A DNA stretch of 64,000 nt, from NCBI RefSeq assembly GCF_002087085.1, contig NZ_MWQY01000003.1, positions 186,001 to 250,000 on the forward strand, written 5' to 3'. Every line of letters starts with the position of its first letter. Positions within the stretch are counted from its first letter, which is position 1. The translations under genes were made by a program, and so were the position numbers. Shown one piece after another: positions 10,017 through 22,096 of this stretch. Below the pieces are notes generated by a model. The model ran no database searches. It saw nothing but the letters and a program-made list of their open reading frames with translations, and was not told the origin of the DNA.

Positions 10017-12836
10017 TTACTTCATGACCTCGCGGAGGTAATGGGCGGTGTGAGATCCCTTGACTTTCAGGATTTCCTCCGGTGTACCCCGGGCCACAAT
10101 GTTTCCCCCCTTATCTCCTCCTTCCGGTCCCAGATCGATAATGTAGTCCGCCTGCTTTATGACATCCAGGTTGTGTTCGATCAGCACCACGGAATTGCCC
10201 TTGTCCACCAGCATCTGCAGAACCTCCAGCAGCTTTTTTACATCCGCGAAATGGAGACCCGTTGTGGGTTCATCCAGTATATAAAAGGTTTTGCCCGTGC
10301 TGCGCTTGGAGAGCTCCAGGGAGAGCTTGACCCTCTGGGCTTCTCCGCCTGAAAGGGTCAAAGCTGACTGTCCAAGCTTTACATAGTTCAGCCCCACCGC
10401 CTGCAGGGTCTCCAGGCGCCGCCGGATGGAAGGAATCTTTTCAAAGAATTCCAGGGCCTCCTCCACGGACATATCAAGAACATCATGTATATTTTTGCCC
10501 TTGTAGCGGACATCCAGGGTCTCCCGGTTGAAGCGTTTTCCCTTGCAGACATCACAGGTAACATAGACATCAGGAAGGAAGTGCATCTCGATTTTAATGG
10601 TGCCGTCCCCCTGGCAGTTCTCGCAGCGCCCGCCTTTCACGTTGAAGGAGAAGCGCCCCGCCTTGTAGCCCCTGGCGCGGCTCTCCGGCAGGGAGGCAAA
10701 GAGATCCCGGATGGGGGTAAAGAGCCCCACATAGGTCGCAGGGTTGGAACGGGGGGTCCGGCCGATGGGGCTCTGATCGATATTGATGATCTTGTCGATC
10801 TCTTCAAGACCTTCAGCCCTGTCGTGAGCCCCGGTTTCGAGCTTGTAGGGACTGACAGAGTTCCTGAGGATGGGGAAAAGCAGGTTCTCCATGAGAGTCG
10901 ATTTTCCGGACCCCGAAACCCCGGTTATAACCGTAAAGGTTCCCAGGGGAAAAGAGACATCTATATTCTTGAGGTTGTGCTCTGAGGCGCCGTAGATGGT
11001 AATCGTTTTTCCGTTTCCCCGGCGGCGTTCCGCAGGAATGGGAATGGCAAGCTCACCCCGCAGGTACTGCCCGGTAAGACTCTCCGGCGCTTCGAGGATC
11101 TGTTCGAGGGTTCCGCAGGCGGTAATATGCCCCCCGTGAATCCCCGCCCCGGGACCCAGGTCCACGATATAGTCGGCGGTCTTGATGGTCATATCGTCAT
11201 GTTCGACGACGATGAGGGTGTTCCCTATATCCCGCAGATGCAGAAGGGTCTCTATGAGACGCTGATTGTCCCGCTGATGAAGTCCGATGGTCGGCTCGTC
11301 CAGAATATAGAGGACCCCCACCAGCTGGGATCCCACCTGGGTTGCCAGGCGTATCCTCTGGGCCTCTCCCCCGGAGAGGGTCGCTGACTGGCGCTCCAGG
11401 GTTAGGTACTCCAGGCCGACCTTCTTCATGAAGGTGAGGCGGTCCAGGATCTCCTTCATGATCTGGGCGGAGATGTGCTTTTCCGTGGGGCTCAGACCGA
11501 CCTGGCTGAAGAATCCAAGCAGATCCTGCACCGAACGGCAGGTAAGGGAGTGGATGTTCTCTCCCCCGACGGTCACTGCCAGGGCTTCGGGTTTGAGACG
11601 CTTGCCCCCGCAGGCCGTACATCTCTGCTGGCGCATGAAGCCCTCGAGCCACTCCTTGATGCCCGGGGAACGGCTCTCCCGGTAGCGGCGATTCAGATCA
11701 TTGAGAATCCCCTTGAAGTTTGTGGAGTATTCAAAACGCCCGGTCTTTTTCCGGTTCACATAGGTTATGTCGATTACATCATCACTGCCGTGGAGCAGAA
11801 TATGCCATATATCCTTGTCCAGGTCCTGTATGGGGGTGTCCAGGTCAAAGCCGAAATGGTCGGCCAGGGACTCGAACCAGCTGCGGTGCCAGGCGGAGTC
11901 GGGGTTGTGGGTCTTTATAGCCCCATCGTTAAAGGAGAGGGAGGGATCGGGAATAATCAGGGCGGGATCAAACTCCATGGTCATTCCCAGTCCGGCACAG
12001 ACCTCGCAGGCGCCGAAGGGATTGTTGAAGCTGAAGAGCCGGGGCTGCAGTTCGGGAATGCTGATGCCGCAGTCGGGGCAGGAGTTTTTCTGGCTGAAGA
12101 ACTCCTCCTTCTGGATGTTTTTTTCCAGCTGCACCACCACAATCTGCCCGTCGGCAACCTCCAGGGCGGTCTCCACCGATTCGGCCAGACGCTTGCGCAC
12201 ATCTTCCTGAATTTTCAGACGATCCACCACGACCTCAAGAGAGTGTTTCTGCTTCTTGTTCAGAATAATCTCTTCATCCAGGGAAAGGACTTCTCCGTTG
12301 ACGCGAATACGCACAAACCCTGCCCTGGCGGCATCCTCGATGATCTTGCGGTGCTCTCCCTTTTTTCCCCTCACCACCGGGGCAAGAATCATGATCCTGC
12401 TGCCGTCGGGGTATGCAAGAATAGTGTCCAGGATCTGGTCCACCGACTGCTCCCGGATCTCCTTGCCGCAGACCGGGCAGTGGGGGATTCCGATCCTGGC
12501 GTAGAGAAGCCGCATGTAATCGTATATTTCGGTTACGGTTCCCACGGTTGAACGGGGATTCCGGTGGGTCGTTTTCTGTTCTATGGAGATAGCCGGGGAG
12601 AGTCCCTCGATGTAGTCCACATCCGGCTTGTCCATGCGCCCCAGAAACTGCCGGGCGTAAGCCGAAAGGGACTCGACATAGCGGCGCTGCCCCTCGGCAA
12701 AGATGGTATCGAAAGCCAGGGAGGACTTCCCGCTTCCGCTAAGACCGGAGACGACAATCAATGAGTCCCGGGGAAGTTCAAGATCGATGTTCTTGAGATT
12801 ATGCTCCCGGGCACCTTTTACAATAAGCTTTTTCAT
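10017..12836 (-). CDS. uvrA: Excinuclease ABC subunit A
   Basis: GAREHNLKN, two Walker A motifs ([16 protein letters not shown]), zinc fingers, LSGGEAQR x2. Confidence 0.98.
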   Translation of the reverse strand: MKKLIVKGAREHNLKNIDLELPRDSLIVVSGLSGSGKSSLAFDTIFAEGQRRYVESLSAYARQFLGRMDKPDVDYIEGLSPAISIEQKTTHRNPRSTVGTVTEIYDYMRLLYARIGIPHCPVCGKEIREQSVDQILDTILAYPDGSRIMILAPVVRGKKGEHRKIIEDAARAGFVRIRVNGEVLSLDEEIILNKKQKHSLEVVVDRLKIQEDVRKRLAESVETALEVADGQIVVVQLEKNIQKEEFFSQKNSCPDCGISIPELQPRLFSFNNPFGACEVCAGLGMTMEFDPALIIPDPSLSFNDGAIKTHNPDSAWHRSWFESLADHFGFDLDTPIQDLDKDIWHILLHGSDDVIDITYVNRKKTGRFEYSTNFKGILNDLNRRYRESRSPGIKEWLEGFMRQQRCTACGGKRLKPEALAVTVGGENIHSLTCRSVQDLLGFFSQVGLSPTEKHISAQIMKEILDRLTFMKKVGLEYLTLERQSATLSGGEAQRIRLATQVGSQLVGVLYILDEPTIGLHQRDNQRLIETLLHLRDIGNTLIVVEHDDMTIKTADYIVDLGPGAGIHGGHITACGTLEQILEAPESLTGQYLRGELAIPIPAERRRGNGKTITIYGASEHNLKNIDVSFPLGTFTVITGVSGSGKSTLMENLLFPILRNSVSPYKLETGAHDRAEGLEEIDKIINIDQSPIGRTPRSNPATYVGLFTPIRDLFASLPESRARGYKAGRFSFNVKGGRCENCQGDGTIKIEMHFLPDVYVTCDVCKGKRFNRETLDVRYKGKNIHDVLDMSVEEALEFFEKIPSIRRRLETLQAVGLNYVKLGQSALTLSGGEAQRVKLSLELSKRSTGKTFYILDEPTTGLHFADVKKLLEVLQMLVDKGNSVVLIEHNLDVIKQADYIIDLGPEGGDKGGNIVARGTPEEILKVKGSHTAHYLREVMK

Positions 12837-12905
12837 CGTACCTCAGAGATCAAACGGTACAGAAAAAAAAACTCCTTGGCAACCAGTCTGCGGGAAGCCC
12901 GGGGC

Positions 12906-14291
12906 TCACTCCCCCGTCATCTTGTGCAGTAATTCAGCCGCGCCCTTTATCTGCCGGGATGCTACAAGAAAAAGGCTTTTATCCTGATCCGTAAAGGCAG
13001 CGTAGAAGTCCTTGTCCACCGGTTTGAACCAGACAGATGCCTCCCCTTGGGGATCGTCCTTTAATCTATAGGTAATCCCGAATTCCGGCCTGGCCGTCGG
13101 AAGCTCTCCCCGATTCGGAGCGTCGCCGATAATTCCGACAAGCTTCTGGTAGAGCTTTTTGAAGGCTTTTTCGTCTATCTCTTTTCCTTCCAGGATATAC
13201 CGCACCTGCGGCTCATCAGAATCAGGGGAAGAGTTCCGTTCTATTCGGGCAGAAAAGGTCTCATTCTCATGGACCACCGTGAAAGCGTCGATCTTATCGA
13301 TGGAGATGATCAGGGGGAACTTATCCATAAGCAGGAAACTGTCCATCTGAAGAACAGCGAGATCCGATTCCGCAAGGGTCACGACCCGCTCTTCTTCCCC
13401 AAATCGGACATAGTAGTTCCCGATACTATCGCGGGTTCCCACAATAAACGACAGGCTCCGCTCCCGGTCCCTGAGCTGCAGTTCGTAACTCGGAGAATCG
13501 AGTCCGTAGAGCCCAAGGTCCTCAGGCTTCTCTTCGACAAAATCCTGAATCTTCAGCTCCCGGGGCAGCTTTTCCATAAGTTGTTCCAGTTCGTGGGCAT
13601 CGATTCCCCGGGGTCCCCGTGGGCGAATCATGACCAGGCTGGTAAAAATCGAGCTCAGCGGCTCACTCTCGAGGGTTTCAACCGGAACAAGCTCGATGAT
13701 TTCTCCCTTTCGCCGGAAGAAGAGGTACCGGAGTTCTTCGGCGTTAACAGTCGGTATCATGGTATTTCGAAAATCCTGCTGGTTCAGGAAAAACTGGGCC
13801 ACCCGGGAAGTGTCGATGGTGTAAACCGCCTCAGAGCCTTCAGGCCGGATATATCTCTGTTTTCCCGAGGGTGTCGGATATCCGAGTTCGAATACCGAAC
13901 GTTCTCCGCCCCTGAACGCAAGAGTCACCACTGCCTGAGGCGGTTTCAGACCGAAGTCTTCAAGCCCGATGGCAGGATTCTCGAGACGCCGGTCAGCGGA
14001 GAGCATGGAACTTATTCGTATAACAAGGTCCAGACGGGATTGATCGAGCTCATCCTTCCAGGGAACAGGCAGCACCCAGCGCTCTTCCTCCTTCAGCAGG
14101 ACAAGGCTGCTGCCGTCGGCCCGGAGAACCTCGATTCTTTCGAGATCCTCCGCCGCCCGGGAGATCAGATCATACTGTTCTGCTTCCCCGGGAGCCTCCT
14201 GAGTGACTGTCTGTTTTTTCAGGTAGAGGTAGCTCCCCAGAAGAAGCAGGGGAACAAGGAGTGCGATAACAAGACGCCGGGAACGGCTCAC
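12906..14291 (-). CDS. DUF4340-domain protein
   Basis: N-terminal TM anchor, repeated xGLxxP motifs, last gene of a Gld-type ABC cluster. Confidence 0.7.
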   Translation of the reverse strand: MSRSRRLVIALLVPLLLLGSYLYLKKQTVTQEAPGEAEQYDLISRAAEDLERIEVLRADGSSLVLLKEEERWVLPVPWKDELDQSRLDLVIRISSMLSADRRLENPAIGLEDFGLKPPQAVVTLAFRGGERSVFELGYPTPSGKQRYIRPEGSEAVYTIDTSRVAQFFLNQQDFRNTMIPTVNAEELRYLFFRRKGEIIELVPVETLESEPLSSIFTSLVMIRPRGPRGIDAHELEQLMEKLPRELKIQDFVEEKPEDLGLYGLDSPSYELQLRDRERSLSFIVGTRDSIGNYYVRFGEEERVVTLAESDLAVLQMDSFLLMDKFPLIISIDKIDAFTVVHENETFSARIERNSSPDSDEPQVRYILEGKEIDEKAFKKLYQKLVGIIGDAPNRGELPTARPEFGITYRLKDDPQGEASVWFKPVDKDFYAAFTDQDKSLFLVASRQIKGAAELLHKMTGE

Positions 14292-15724
14292 AGATGTCTC
14301 CTGCGGATCCAGACTATCGTACCGCAGACAAGCAGGGTTGCCGGAATCAGGATGATGATGATTCCCGCATACAGATAGAGCTGAAAAGCCGTTAAACGCA
14401 GCGGACTGCGATAAAAACTCTTTGCCCTGATGGAAACACGCTCTTTACCTTCGCTGAGCCAGGAGAGGGCGCTCAGAAAAAAGTCGATATTCCCCTTTAT
14501 CTGTCCGTAGGGAGGAATCGATCCCAAAAAAATGGAGTTTCCCACCGCGACGACCCTGAACGCAGGAGGATCCCCGTCGATGTATTTCTTCCGCTCCACC
14601 GTCCAGGCAATAATGTGAGGTCCCGGCAGGTCCGTCTCCTGCAGCAGTAAGGAGCTGTTCTCCCTGTCCGTCCTGCTCCAGGCCCGGGCTGTGGTTGAGA
14701 GAAGCGGGGTCAGATCGACGGAACGGGGTTTACGTCCCGTCTGAACAAGAGGAACCGCATTGGGGGTGATGACATCGAGATTATTGTCCACCAGGGGTTC
14801 GGTTATCCCGTGGTCCATAAGCTCAGGGGCGACAAACAGGGGTGAACGTACATAACGGGATGCATCCGCCTCCATGATGAAGCCCTCACCTATCTCAAGA
14901 CCGTAGCTTTGAAGAATTGCCCTGCCCCCGGGGGAAGGATCGCCGATAAAATCCACCATGACGATCATCCGCCCGCCGTTTTCCACATACTCATAAATTT
15001 TCCGCAGCTCCTCATCGCTTATCTCATACTTGGGAGAAGAGACCAGAAGGACCGAAGCGTCCGCCGGAACTTCATCGGACCTGAGAAGGTTAAGACTCTC
15101 TATTTCATAACTCTCCGCCCGAAGCATTGATTCGATACCGTACTCTCCGAGGCTGTATTCACCATGACCGCTGAGTTCATAGATCTTCGGATTGTAACCG
15201 GAGGAGACATAATTGATGGCCTGGGAAACCCGGGGTTCCACCTGGATTCCCGTTACCTGGGGATGCCCCTGGGGATTATAGCGGATATCATACAGCTCCA
15301 TGTAGGGAATTACCCTGAAGCGCGTGTCCCCCTCGACAATAATGCTGCCGCTCTCCACTTTCTCCCCTTCACCGGCAAAACGGGCAAGAAGACCGGGATT
15401 CAGATCCGGATCAATAATCTTCAAATCTACCGAAGGGCCGATCCGATCATATTCCTGAAGAATTTCGAGAATGCTGGTCTCTTCCTCACCCGCAGGATAG
15501 AGGGCATAGAGTGTGACGGGTTCCTCCAGTTCAGTGAGAATTTTCCTTGTCTGTTCAGATAAAGAGAACAGCCTGTTTTTCGTTAAATCAATCTTCAGCG
15601 GGATCTGCTGTACTATCATATTGAGAATTACCAGGCCGCACAGAAGCGACGCGGTCAGTGTCGCCGCGTAAGCTCCGTAACGAAGCCTTTTATTCTTCAG
15701 TATACTACGCAGGCTCTGCATCAT
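14288..15724 (-). CDS. GldG-family ABC transporter auxiliary component
   Basis: DLTKNRLFSLSEQT, GHGE motif, C-terminal TM plus WIRRRH tail. Confidence 0.85.
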   Translation of the reverse strand: MMQSLRSILKNKRLRYGAYAATLTASLLCGLVILNMIVQQIPLKIDLTKNRLFSLSEQTRKILTELEEPVTLYALYPAGEEETSILEILQEYDRIGPSVDLKIIDPDLNPGLLARFAGEGEKVESGSIIVEGDTRFRVIPYMELYDIRYNPQGHPQVTGIQVEPRVSQAINYVSSGYNPKIYELSGHGEYSLGEYGIESMLRAESYEIESLNLLRSDEVPADASVLLVSSPKYEISDEELRKIYEYVENGGRMIVMVDFIGDPSPGGRAILQSYGLEIGEGFIMEADASRYVRSPLFVAPELMDHGITEPLVDNNLDVITPNAVPLVQTGRKPRSVDLTPLLSTTARAWSRTDRENSSLLLQETDLPGPHIIAWTVERKKYIDGDPPAFRVVAVGNSIFLGSIPPYGQIKGNIDFFLSALSWLSEGKERVSIRAKSFYRSPLRLTAFQLYLYAGIIIILIPATLLVCGTIVWIRRRHL

Positions 15725-15728
15725 ATCG

Positions 15729-16592
15729 TCAGCTCCACCGCCGTTTTTCCAGTGTACGGACTGTTAAATAGAGGAAGAAGATCATAAACGAGAGGTAATA
15801 GACGGTATCCTGGAGGGATAAAATCCCGCTGGAAAATCGTCGGTACCTGTCGATCAGGGAGAACCAGCTCAGGATTTTTCCCACAAGGCCGACGAACAGC
15901 TCCGGATGTAAAAAATGAATCAGATAGACAACGACAGCTCCGAGACCAAGAAGTACCGCAGGGACTATCAGGTTTCGGGTCGTTCCATAGAACCAGAGAG
16001 CGGCAGCTGCGACTATAAGCCCGCTGAAAACGAGTCCGGATGTGGTATTGGAAGGAACGGCATCCTGCAGGATATTGATGAGCCACATGGCAAGGAGGGC
16101 GGCAAAGCTGGTAATCGCTGCGGTAATCTGGTTCTCCGTAAGGCCGGAAATAAAGAGCCCCACGGAGATAAAGGTGCCCCCCAGCAGAATGAACCCGATA
16201 TACCCTCCCAGGGTCTCCCACAAATCGAGTTCTCCGTGAATAAGGATTATCAGGGTATAGAGAAGGGTCAGCGCCAATCCCAGACAGAAAAAGGTCAGGG
16301 CTGCCAGGAACTTTCCCACGACGATCTCAGGGATCCCCAGGGGACTGGTCAGAAGCAGCTGATCAGTTTTCTTCTGTTTTTCATCGCTTAAAAGGCGCAT
16401 GGTCAAAAGGGGTACAATAAAAATGAATATAAAGAGGATGCTTCCGAGAAAACCGAGATACCGGGAATTGCCGCTTATCAGGTTTCCGGTGGTAAAAAAT
16501 ATACCGGTAATCAGAAGAAAAATACTCAAAAAAATATATCCCTGGGGACTTAAGAAAAATGCCCTGAGTTCCCGTTTGAATACTGCCGGCAT
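15729..16592 (-). CDS. ABC-2 permease (GldF-like)
   Basis: PLLTMRLLSDEK..TDQLLLTSP motif; hydrophobic. Confidence 0.85.
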   Translation of the reverse strand: MPAVFKRELRAFFLSPQGYIFLSIFLLITGIFFTTGNLISGNSRYLGFLGSILFIFIFIVPLLTMRLLSDEKQKKTDQLLLTSPLGIPEIVVGKFLAALTFFCLGLALTLLYTLIILIHGELDLWETLGGYIGFILLGGTFISVGLFISGLTENQITAAITSFAALLAMWLINILQDAVPSNTTSGLVFSGLIVAAAALWFYGTTRNLIVPAVLLGLGAVVVYLIHFLHPELFVGLVGKILSWFSLIDRYRRFSSGILSLQDTVYYLSFMIFFLYLTVRTLEKRRWS

Positions 16593-17545
16593 CAGTCAGA
16601 CTCCTTCAGTTTTTCATCCGTTGTAAGATGAAGAAAGATATCCTCCAGACTCATGTCCATGGGACGCATCATGAGAATGGGAAGCCTGTTTTCAGCACAG
16701 GCAAAGAATATCTTTTCCCGGATATCCGTCTCCTGTCCGGCTTCAAGCAGAAGATCAATACTGCCCTCTTCACTGCTCCCGGTACATGACAGGCTGTTTA
16801 GTCCTTCGAGTTTTTCAAGAACCGAAAGGGCTCTCGCTTTTTCCCCGGAAAGTCGAAGCATTATTCTTCCCGTACCCATCAATCTCCGGCTCAGGTTCTC
16901 CGGTGAATCAGATGCGACAATACTGCCCTGGTTCATAATCAGAACCCGTCCGCAGACAGCACTGACCTCCGGGAGAATATGCGAGCTGAGGATTATTGTA
17001 TGCTCCCTTCCCAGGGATTTAATCAGTTTTCTGATTTCCAGGATCTGCTTGGGGTCAAGCCCTGCTGTCGGCTCATCCAGGATCAGAAGAGGCGGGCTTC
17101 CAATCAGCGCCTGGGCGAGACCTACCCGCTGCTGATAGCCCTTGGAGAGGTTGCCAATACGACGATTGCTGACATCGCCGATCTTTACCAGCTCCAGGAT
17201 TCTTTCCCGCTCCGTCGCAAAGGCCTTTTTCTTTATTCCTTTGATTTCGGCCGCAAAGCCGAGATATTCCAGAACAGTCATATCCTGGTACAGGGGAGGC
17301 TTCTCGGGAAGATACCCGATGCATTTTTTAACCTCCCGGGGATGGTCCAGCACATTGAGGCCGTTGACCCAGACATCACCCTCGGTGGCCGAAAGATACC
17401 CGGTTATTATGTTCATTGCAGTGGACTTGCCGGCGCCGTTGGGTCCGAGAAATCCGAGTATTTCTCCCCGCCGGATACTGAAATTTACAGCGTCCAGGGC
17501 AAGATGCTTCCCATAGCGTCTGCTAAGATTCTCCGCCCGGATCAA
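16592..17545 (-). CDS. ABC transporter ATP-binding protein (GldA-like)
   Basis: GPNGAGKST, LSKGYQQR, LILDEPT; TTG start after GGGAGG. Confidence 0.9.
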   Translation of the reverse strand: MIRAENLSRRYGKHLALDAVNFSIRRGEILGFLGPNGAGKSTAMNIITGYLSATEGDVWVNGLNVLDHPREVKKCIGYLPEKPPLYQDMTVLEYLGFAAEIKGIKKKAFATERERILELVKIGDVSNRRIGNLSKGYQQRVGLAQALIGSPPLLILDEPTAGLDPKQILEIRKLIKSLGREHTIILSSHILPEVSAVCGRVLIMNQGSIVASDSPENLSRRLMGTGRIMLRLSGEKARALSVLEKLEGLNSLSCTGSSEEGSIDLLLEAGQETDIREKIFFACAENRLPILMMRPMDMSLEDIFLHLTTDEKLKESD

Positions 17546-17586
17546 ACCAACCTCCCGTCACAGCAGTTCATGAAAACACACCGCAA

Positions 17587-17615
17587 AGAATAGCCCGAGT
17601 ATCCTGGACTGTCAA
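17587..17615 (-). promoter_or_regulatory. sigma70-like promoter of the Gld-type ABC operon
   Basis: TTGACA-N17-TATTCT on the minus strand upstream of 17545. Confidence 0.6.
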
Positions 17616-17673
17616 TAAAAATGATATACCGTATATACCATTAATGTTCCAGTGTTGATAAAAAGAGGGAGGA

Positions 17674-18588
17674 TCAGAAAAAGTAGAAGAATTCCCGACT
17701 GGTTATAACAGGTTCGATGGAGGGATCCGCAAGCTGCGCGATAGCGCGGGAGCGCCATACGCTGCCGGGAAAGGCATCCCGGACCAGCTCCATTACCTGC
17801 CGAAAGGAACCCAGTTCTCCGGCAGCGTAAAGGGAGGCACCAAGATAATACAGAAGGGCGTCTATTCGGCTCTCTTCGAGGTATTCCGCTCCCTCTTCTT
17901 CGGCCATGGCGTTTCTGAAAAGATCGGTAAGACCGGTGTATTCAAGAAAAGGCCTACGTACCTCCAGATGCCGAATTGTCCTGGAAATAACGGTGAGCCC
18001 TCCGCTCAAGAGATGGCGTACGGCATCCATATAGCGGCCGGTGCGGTAGTAGAAAAGACCCAGTTCGGCGTTGGCCAGAAAATACTCCGCTTTATCAAGA
18101 CGGTAGAGCTCCACCACCTTCTCCAGCCCCTGGTCTGTTAAAATGCGGATCATGGCGGCCCTCATGGCTTCCGACTCACGACTGGAGTATTCATCGTCCA
18201 TGAGAAGGATCTCCGTCAGGGCTTTCTCGAATTGGGCGTAGTCACCCTTCTCCTTGTAAAGACGGGCAAGACGTTCCCGTATACGTATTTCGTAGTCCAT
18301 CACATAGAGCTGCCGGCGAAACTCCAGAGCGCGCCGGTACTGCTCTTCCGCCAGGGAGTACTCACCCTCCTCTTCAAAGATGCGGCCAATCCAGTAATGG
18401 GCTTCCGGCGATATCCTGTCCTGTTCCAGTACGGAACGAAAGATCCTCATGGCCTGGCCGTACTCACCTTTTTCAAAAGCGATTTTTCCCGTTTCCAGAA
18501 CCAGCCAGTCCGGCCGGGCTTCCTGGGCCCAGGAGATGGGGCTCAGGAGGATTACACAGACAAGCGGAAACAGGATTCGCATTTTCAC
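17674..18588 (-). CDS. TPR-repeat protein
   Basis: Signal peptide and TPR motifs (AHYWIGRIFEEEGEY); 4-nt overlap with ispG. Confidence 0.75.
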   Translation of the reverse strand: MKMRILFPLVCVILLSPISWAQEARPDWLVLETGKIAFEKGEYGQAMRIFRSVLEQDRISPEAHYWIGRIFEEEGEYSLAEEQYRRALEFRRQLYVMDYEIRIRERLARLYKEKGDYAQFEKALTEILLMDDEYSSRESEAMRAAMIRILTDQGLEKVVELYRLDKAEYFLANAELGLFYYRTGRYMDAVRHLLSGGLTVISRTIRHLEVRRPFLEYTGLTDLFRNAMAEEEGAEYLEESRIDALLYYLGASLYAAGELGSFRQVMELVRDAFPGSVWRSRAIAQLADPSIEPVITSREFFYFF

Positions 18589-19646
18589 TCCTTTATGGCC
18601 TCCCGGATCTCCTCACGCAGAGCTTCCAGGGCCTGATCCATGGGAATTTTCCGTTTAAGTTCCCCGTGGCGGAAGATTATCGCCTCGTTTCCGCTGCCGG
18701 TGATACCGATATCAGCATGTCGTGCCTCCTCCGGTCCGTTTACCACGCAGCCCATGACGGCGACGGTCAGGGGTTTCCTGATGGCGTAAAGTTCCTCCTG
18801 TATCTGTCCCACCAGTTCATGGACCGGGAACTCGGAACGGCCGCAGCGGGGACAGGAGACGATGTCCACTCCACCGGGGCGGAGGCCTGCTTCGCGAAGG
18901 ATTTCCCTTCCGGTAACAACTTCATCCTCCTCAGGTGCTGAGAGGGAAACCCGTATGGTGGATCCGATTCCCTCACCCAAAAGCTGAAGCAGGGCGCGGG
19001 TGTTCTTGACTATACCGGGAATCATGGGTCCAGCTTCAGTCACCCCGAGATGCAGGGGATAGTCCCAGCGGGATGCAAAGCGGCGGTTGACCTCGATGGT
19101 ATTCCCGGCGGAGGAGGACTTCAGGGAGAATACGGCGTCTTTGAATCCCAGGGCCTCCAGGAGTTCAATCTCGTTTTCCGCGGCGGCGATCATTCCCTCA
19201 ACCTGGGGAAGGTCCCGCAGTTTACGCGGCAGAGAACCGCCGTTGATTCCGACCCGGATGGGAATACCCTTGTCAGAGGCCTTGGCGAGCACCTCCTTTA
19301 CCTTCCACTCAGCACCGATGTTGCCAGGATTGATTCGCACCTTCTGGACTCCGTCCAGAACAATCAGGGCGAGGCGGTAGTCAAAATGGATATCCGCTAC
19401 TATGGGAAGGGGAGAAATAGGACCAATTTCTGCAAGGAGCTTCGCGTTTTCCTCGTTTGGTACGGCAAAACGGATAATGTCGCAGCCCAGGACGGCGAAG
19501 CGGCGGAGTTCCTTTAAAAGAAGCTCCCGGTCATCGGGCAGTGCCCGTTTCCACATGGTCTGTATGCTGACGGGAGAATCCCCGCCGAGGGAAACATTTC
19601 CTACCCGCATTACGCGTGTTTTTTCCCGAGTATATATTATGTTCAT
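18585..19646 (-). CDS. ispG: (E)-4-hydroxy-3-methylbut-2-enyl-diphosphate synthase
   Basis: ADIHFDY, RINPGNIG, HLGVTEAG, CPRCGR and MGCVVNGP Fe-S motifs. Confidence 0.96.
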   Translation of the reverse strand: MNIIYTREKTRVMRVGNVSLGGDSPVSIQTMWKRALPDDRELLLKELRRFAVLGCDIIRFAVPNEENAKLLAEIGPISPLPIVADIHFDYRLALIVLDGVQKVRINPGNIGAEWKVKEVLAKASDKGIPIRVGINGGSLPRKLRDLPQVEGMIAAAENEIELLEALGFKDAVFSLKSSSAGNTIEVNRRFASRWDYPLHLGVTEAGPMIPGIVKNTRALLQLLGEGIGSTIRVSLSAPEEDEVVTGREILREAGLRPGGVDIVSCPRCGRSEFPVHELVGQIQEELYAIRKPLTVAVMGCVVNGPEEARHADIGITGSGNEAIIFRHGELKRKIPMDQALEALREEIREAIKE

Positions 19647-19762
19647 CTGTCTAGGATTATCGGCAAAAGAAGGAGTTTCGCCAAGTGGGAGCGGGGCAAA
19701 AGAGATTCCCCTTCAAAGAACAGAGACATTCTTCAAAGGGGAAATTTTCTCTTTGTGCGGAT

Positions 19763-20185
19763 TTAGATTGTACCGAGAAGGAAAACCATGACAAAGAGGG
19801 CAACGGTCTCGACAAGACCGAGAACCATCATGTAGTTGACAAATCCCTTACCGGTCTCGGCCAGGGCGTCCGAGGCAGCAGCTCCCGCTTTTCCCTGGAA
19901 GGCGGCGGAAAAGCCCATGGCGATACCACCGAAGAGGCCGATCCCCAGGTGAGCCATGGTCGGTTCAGGCACAGCCATGATGGAGTTCATCAGAATCATT
20001 CCGTAGATGATCTGAGTCAGGGGTGCACCGACAAAGGCTACCAGCATAAAGGGAGCGGGCCGGTTCTGGGCGAAACACTTCTTCCAGGCTCCGACAGCCG
20101 CCATACCGGCAGCTCCCGCTCCAATGGCGGAACCCATGGCCGCGAAGGCTATTGCGGCGGAAAAGCCAAGCAAACCAAAATTCAT
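19763..20185 (-). CDS. atpK: V/A-type ATP synthase proteolipid subunit K
   Basis: 140-aa four-helix proteolipid with PLTQIIYG, FQGK and VET motifs. Confidence 0.92.
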   Translation of the reverse strand: MNFGLLGFSAAIAFAAMGSAIGAGAAGMAAVGAWKKCFAQNRPAPFMLVAFVGAPLTQIIYGMILMNSIMAVPEPTMAHLGIGLFGGIAMGFSAAFQGKAGAAASDALAETGKGFVNYMMVLGLVETVALFVMVFLLGTI

Positions 20186-20256
20186 AGGATGCTCCTTACA
20201 AAATTATATTCGTTGTATACTCACAGTCCCCATTATAAGGGACTTCAGCACCTGTA

Positions 20257-22071
20257 TCAGGCCGCCCGCTTGGCGAACGGCTCGTAGGGATACCCGGACC
20301 ATTCAAGTCCAAGCTGCCCGGAATATTCCAGCATGTTCAGACGAATACCGTGTACGATAATCGACATCAGGGCAAGAACGATGTTCAGTCCGTGACCGAT
20401 GATCAGCATCAGGACCGAGGCTATTGCCTGCGGGCCGTCGAATCCTATGGACATGGCCATGGCATTGAAGCTCGCCGCCACCGCAACGCTGGAAAGGCCC
20501 ACGGCGAACAGGCGAATGTAGGAGATAATGTTGGAAAAAGAACTTACCCCGTCCAGAAAATTCAGGAGCAGGTTTATGGGATTGAGCCCCTTGAGCATGC
20601 CCCGCAGAAAGTTTCCCTGCTGGTTCGAAAAGAGCACGATCAGTGCGAAACCGGCGACAGCCAGGGGAATAACCAGGGGCGTGAACTCTATTCCCTGCCA
20701 GGAGGTGATTCCGAGTACGATATTCATGGCCAGGAAGAAGAGTCCCCACAGGAGTGAGAGCCACCCGAGATGCTCAAAGGCCTTCAGACTCGGCAGAGTG
20801 CGGAAAAACATCTCGATCCGGGCGATACTCAACTGGGCCACACCGATAATAAAACAGATAAGCTGTACAGCCAGGACTGAGTCCACCCCTTCCTGGGCAA
20901 AACTGGCTATCTGCGGAATAATCAGGCTGTTGAAGGGCTTCCAGGAGGCGATGGTCTCGGAGCCGAACCAGGTACCGGTAATGGCCCCCCATATGACGAT
21001 GGCCGACGACAGAAGCACCACAAGCTTAAGGGGGAGCTTCGCCGATTCCGAGGCTTTCGACAGCCCCCAGAAGGCAAGACCGAGGAAGATAAGCCCGTAG
21101 CCCGCGTCTCCCACGATCATGGCGACAAAAATGGTGAAGGCGGTCAGAAATACCAGGCTGATATCGAACTCCCGGTACCCGGGAAAGGTGCCCATGAGGT
21201 CAAAAATGGGCTTCGCCATCTTTACCGGTCCTTTCCGTTCAACCAGGGTAGGTACGTACTCGTCTTTTGTGGGATCCCGCAGCATCAGTCCCCAGCCGTT
21301 GTCTGCGGCGCTCTTTTTCAATTCCTCCGCCCTGGGTTCCGGGACAAACCCGTGGAGGTAGGCCAGTTCATCCTCGATTCCCACACCGGTCCGGACCTCT
21401 TCAAAGCGAATCTCATCGTCCAGTTCATCACGGTAGGCCCCCAGGGCCTTCTGGTACACGGCCTCGTTTTCCAGTACCTCATCGGTCTTCCGGATTTTTT
21501 CTTCCAGCGCGCCGATATTCTCCCGTACAGTACTCAGCCCGTGTTCCGGGGGATTAAAATCCACAGCCTCGGCGGGCGGGTCCTCCTCGTTATCCACCAA
21601 GGCAAAACGGTAGACCGGACTTGTATCATCGATGCAGTAGAATCCCTTTTTGCCCCGATACGGTTCAGCGGCCTTTTTGGGGATCTGTACCAGCCGGATT
21701 TCGATTCCTTCCTTCTGCAAAAAGGACAGGTCGGAAGGCTTGAAGTCTCCCCAGCCTTTCAACAGTTCCTCGTCCTTGAGGAGTTGAGCGAGTTTTTCCT
21801 GAAGCCGTTTTTTCTCTTCCAGAAGACCGATAATTTCGAAGGCCTTTTTTTCGGCGTCCCCGGGAGTTTTATGCTGTTTAACAGAGATATCGGACAGAGC
21901 AATAAGAGCCCTGTTGACCTGGTCTCTCTTTTCCTTCAAAGCCTCGAGGGTTTCGCTGGTTCCGGCACAGTCTTCAAGATGAACCACCCCCAGCCCCTTC
22001 AGCTTCTTCAGGGACTCTTCCCGTTCCGAGTCCAGGAGAATCAGGTAGACCTTTTTCATTGCTACAATCAT
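20257..22071 (-). CDS. atpI: V/A-type ATP synthase subunit I
   Basis: MIVAMKK start, GDAGYG, SYIRLFAVGL, HGIRLNMLEY; ATG at 22071 preferred over the ORF-track start 22143. Confidence 0.92.
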   Translation of the reverse strand: MIVAMKKVYLILLDSEREESLKKLKGLGVVHLEDCAGTSETLEALKEKRDQVNRALIALSDISVKQHKTPGDAEKKAFEIIGLLEEKKRLQEKLAQLLKDEELLKGWGDFKPSDLSFLQKEGIEIRLVQIPKKAAEPYRGKKGFYCIDDTSPVYRFALVDNEEDPPAEAVDFNPPEHGLSTVRENIGALEEKIRKTDEVLENEAVYQKALGAYRDELDDEIRFEEVRTGVGIEDELAYLHGFVPEPRAEELKKSAADNGWGLMLRDPTKDEYVPTLVERKGPVKMAKPIFDLMGTFPGYREFDISLVFLTAFTIFVAMIVGDAGYGLIFLGLAFWGLSKASESAKLPLKLVVLLSSAIVIWGAITGTWFGSETIASWKPFNSLIIPQIASFAQEGVDSVLAVQLICFIIGVAQLSIARIEMFFRTLPSLKAFEHLGWLSLLWGLFFLAMNIVLGITSWQGIEFTPLVIPLAVAGFALIVLFSNQQGNFLRGMLKGLNPINLLLNFLDGVSSFSNIISYIRLFAVGLSSVAVAASFNAMAMSIGFDGPQAIASVLMLIIGHGLNIVLALMSIIVHGIRLNMLEYSGQLGLEWSGYPYEPFAKRAA

Positions 22072-22096
22072 GCTGCACTCATCCTTGTTCCGCGTT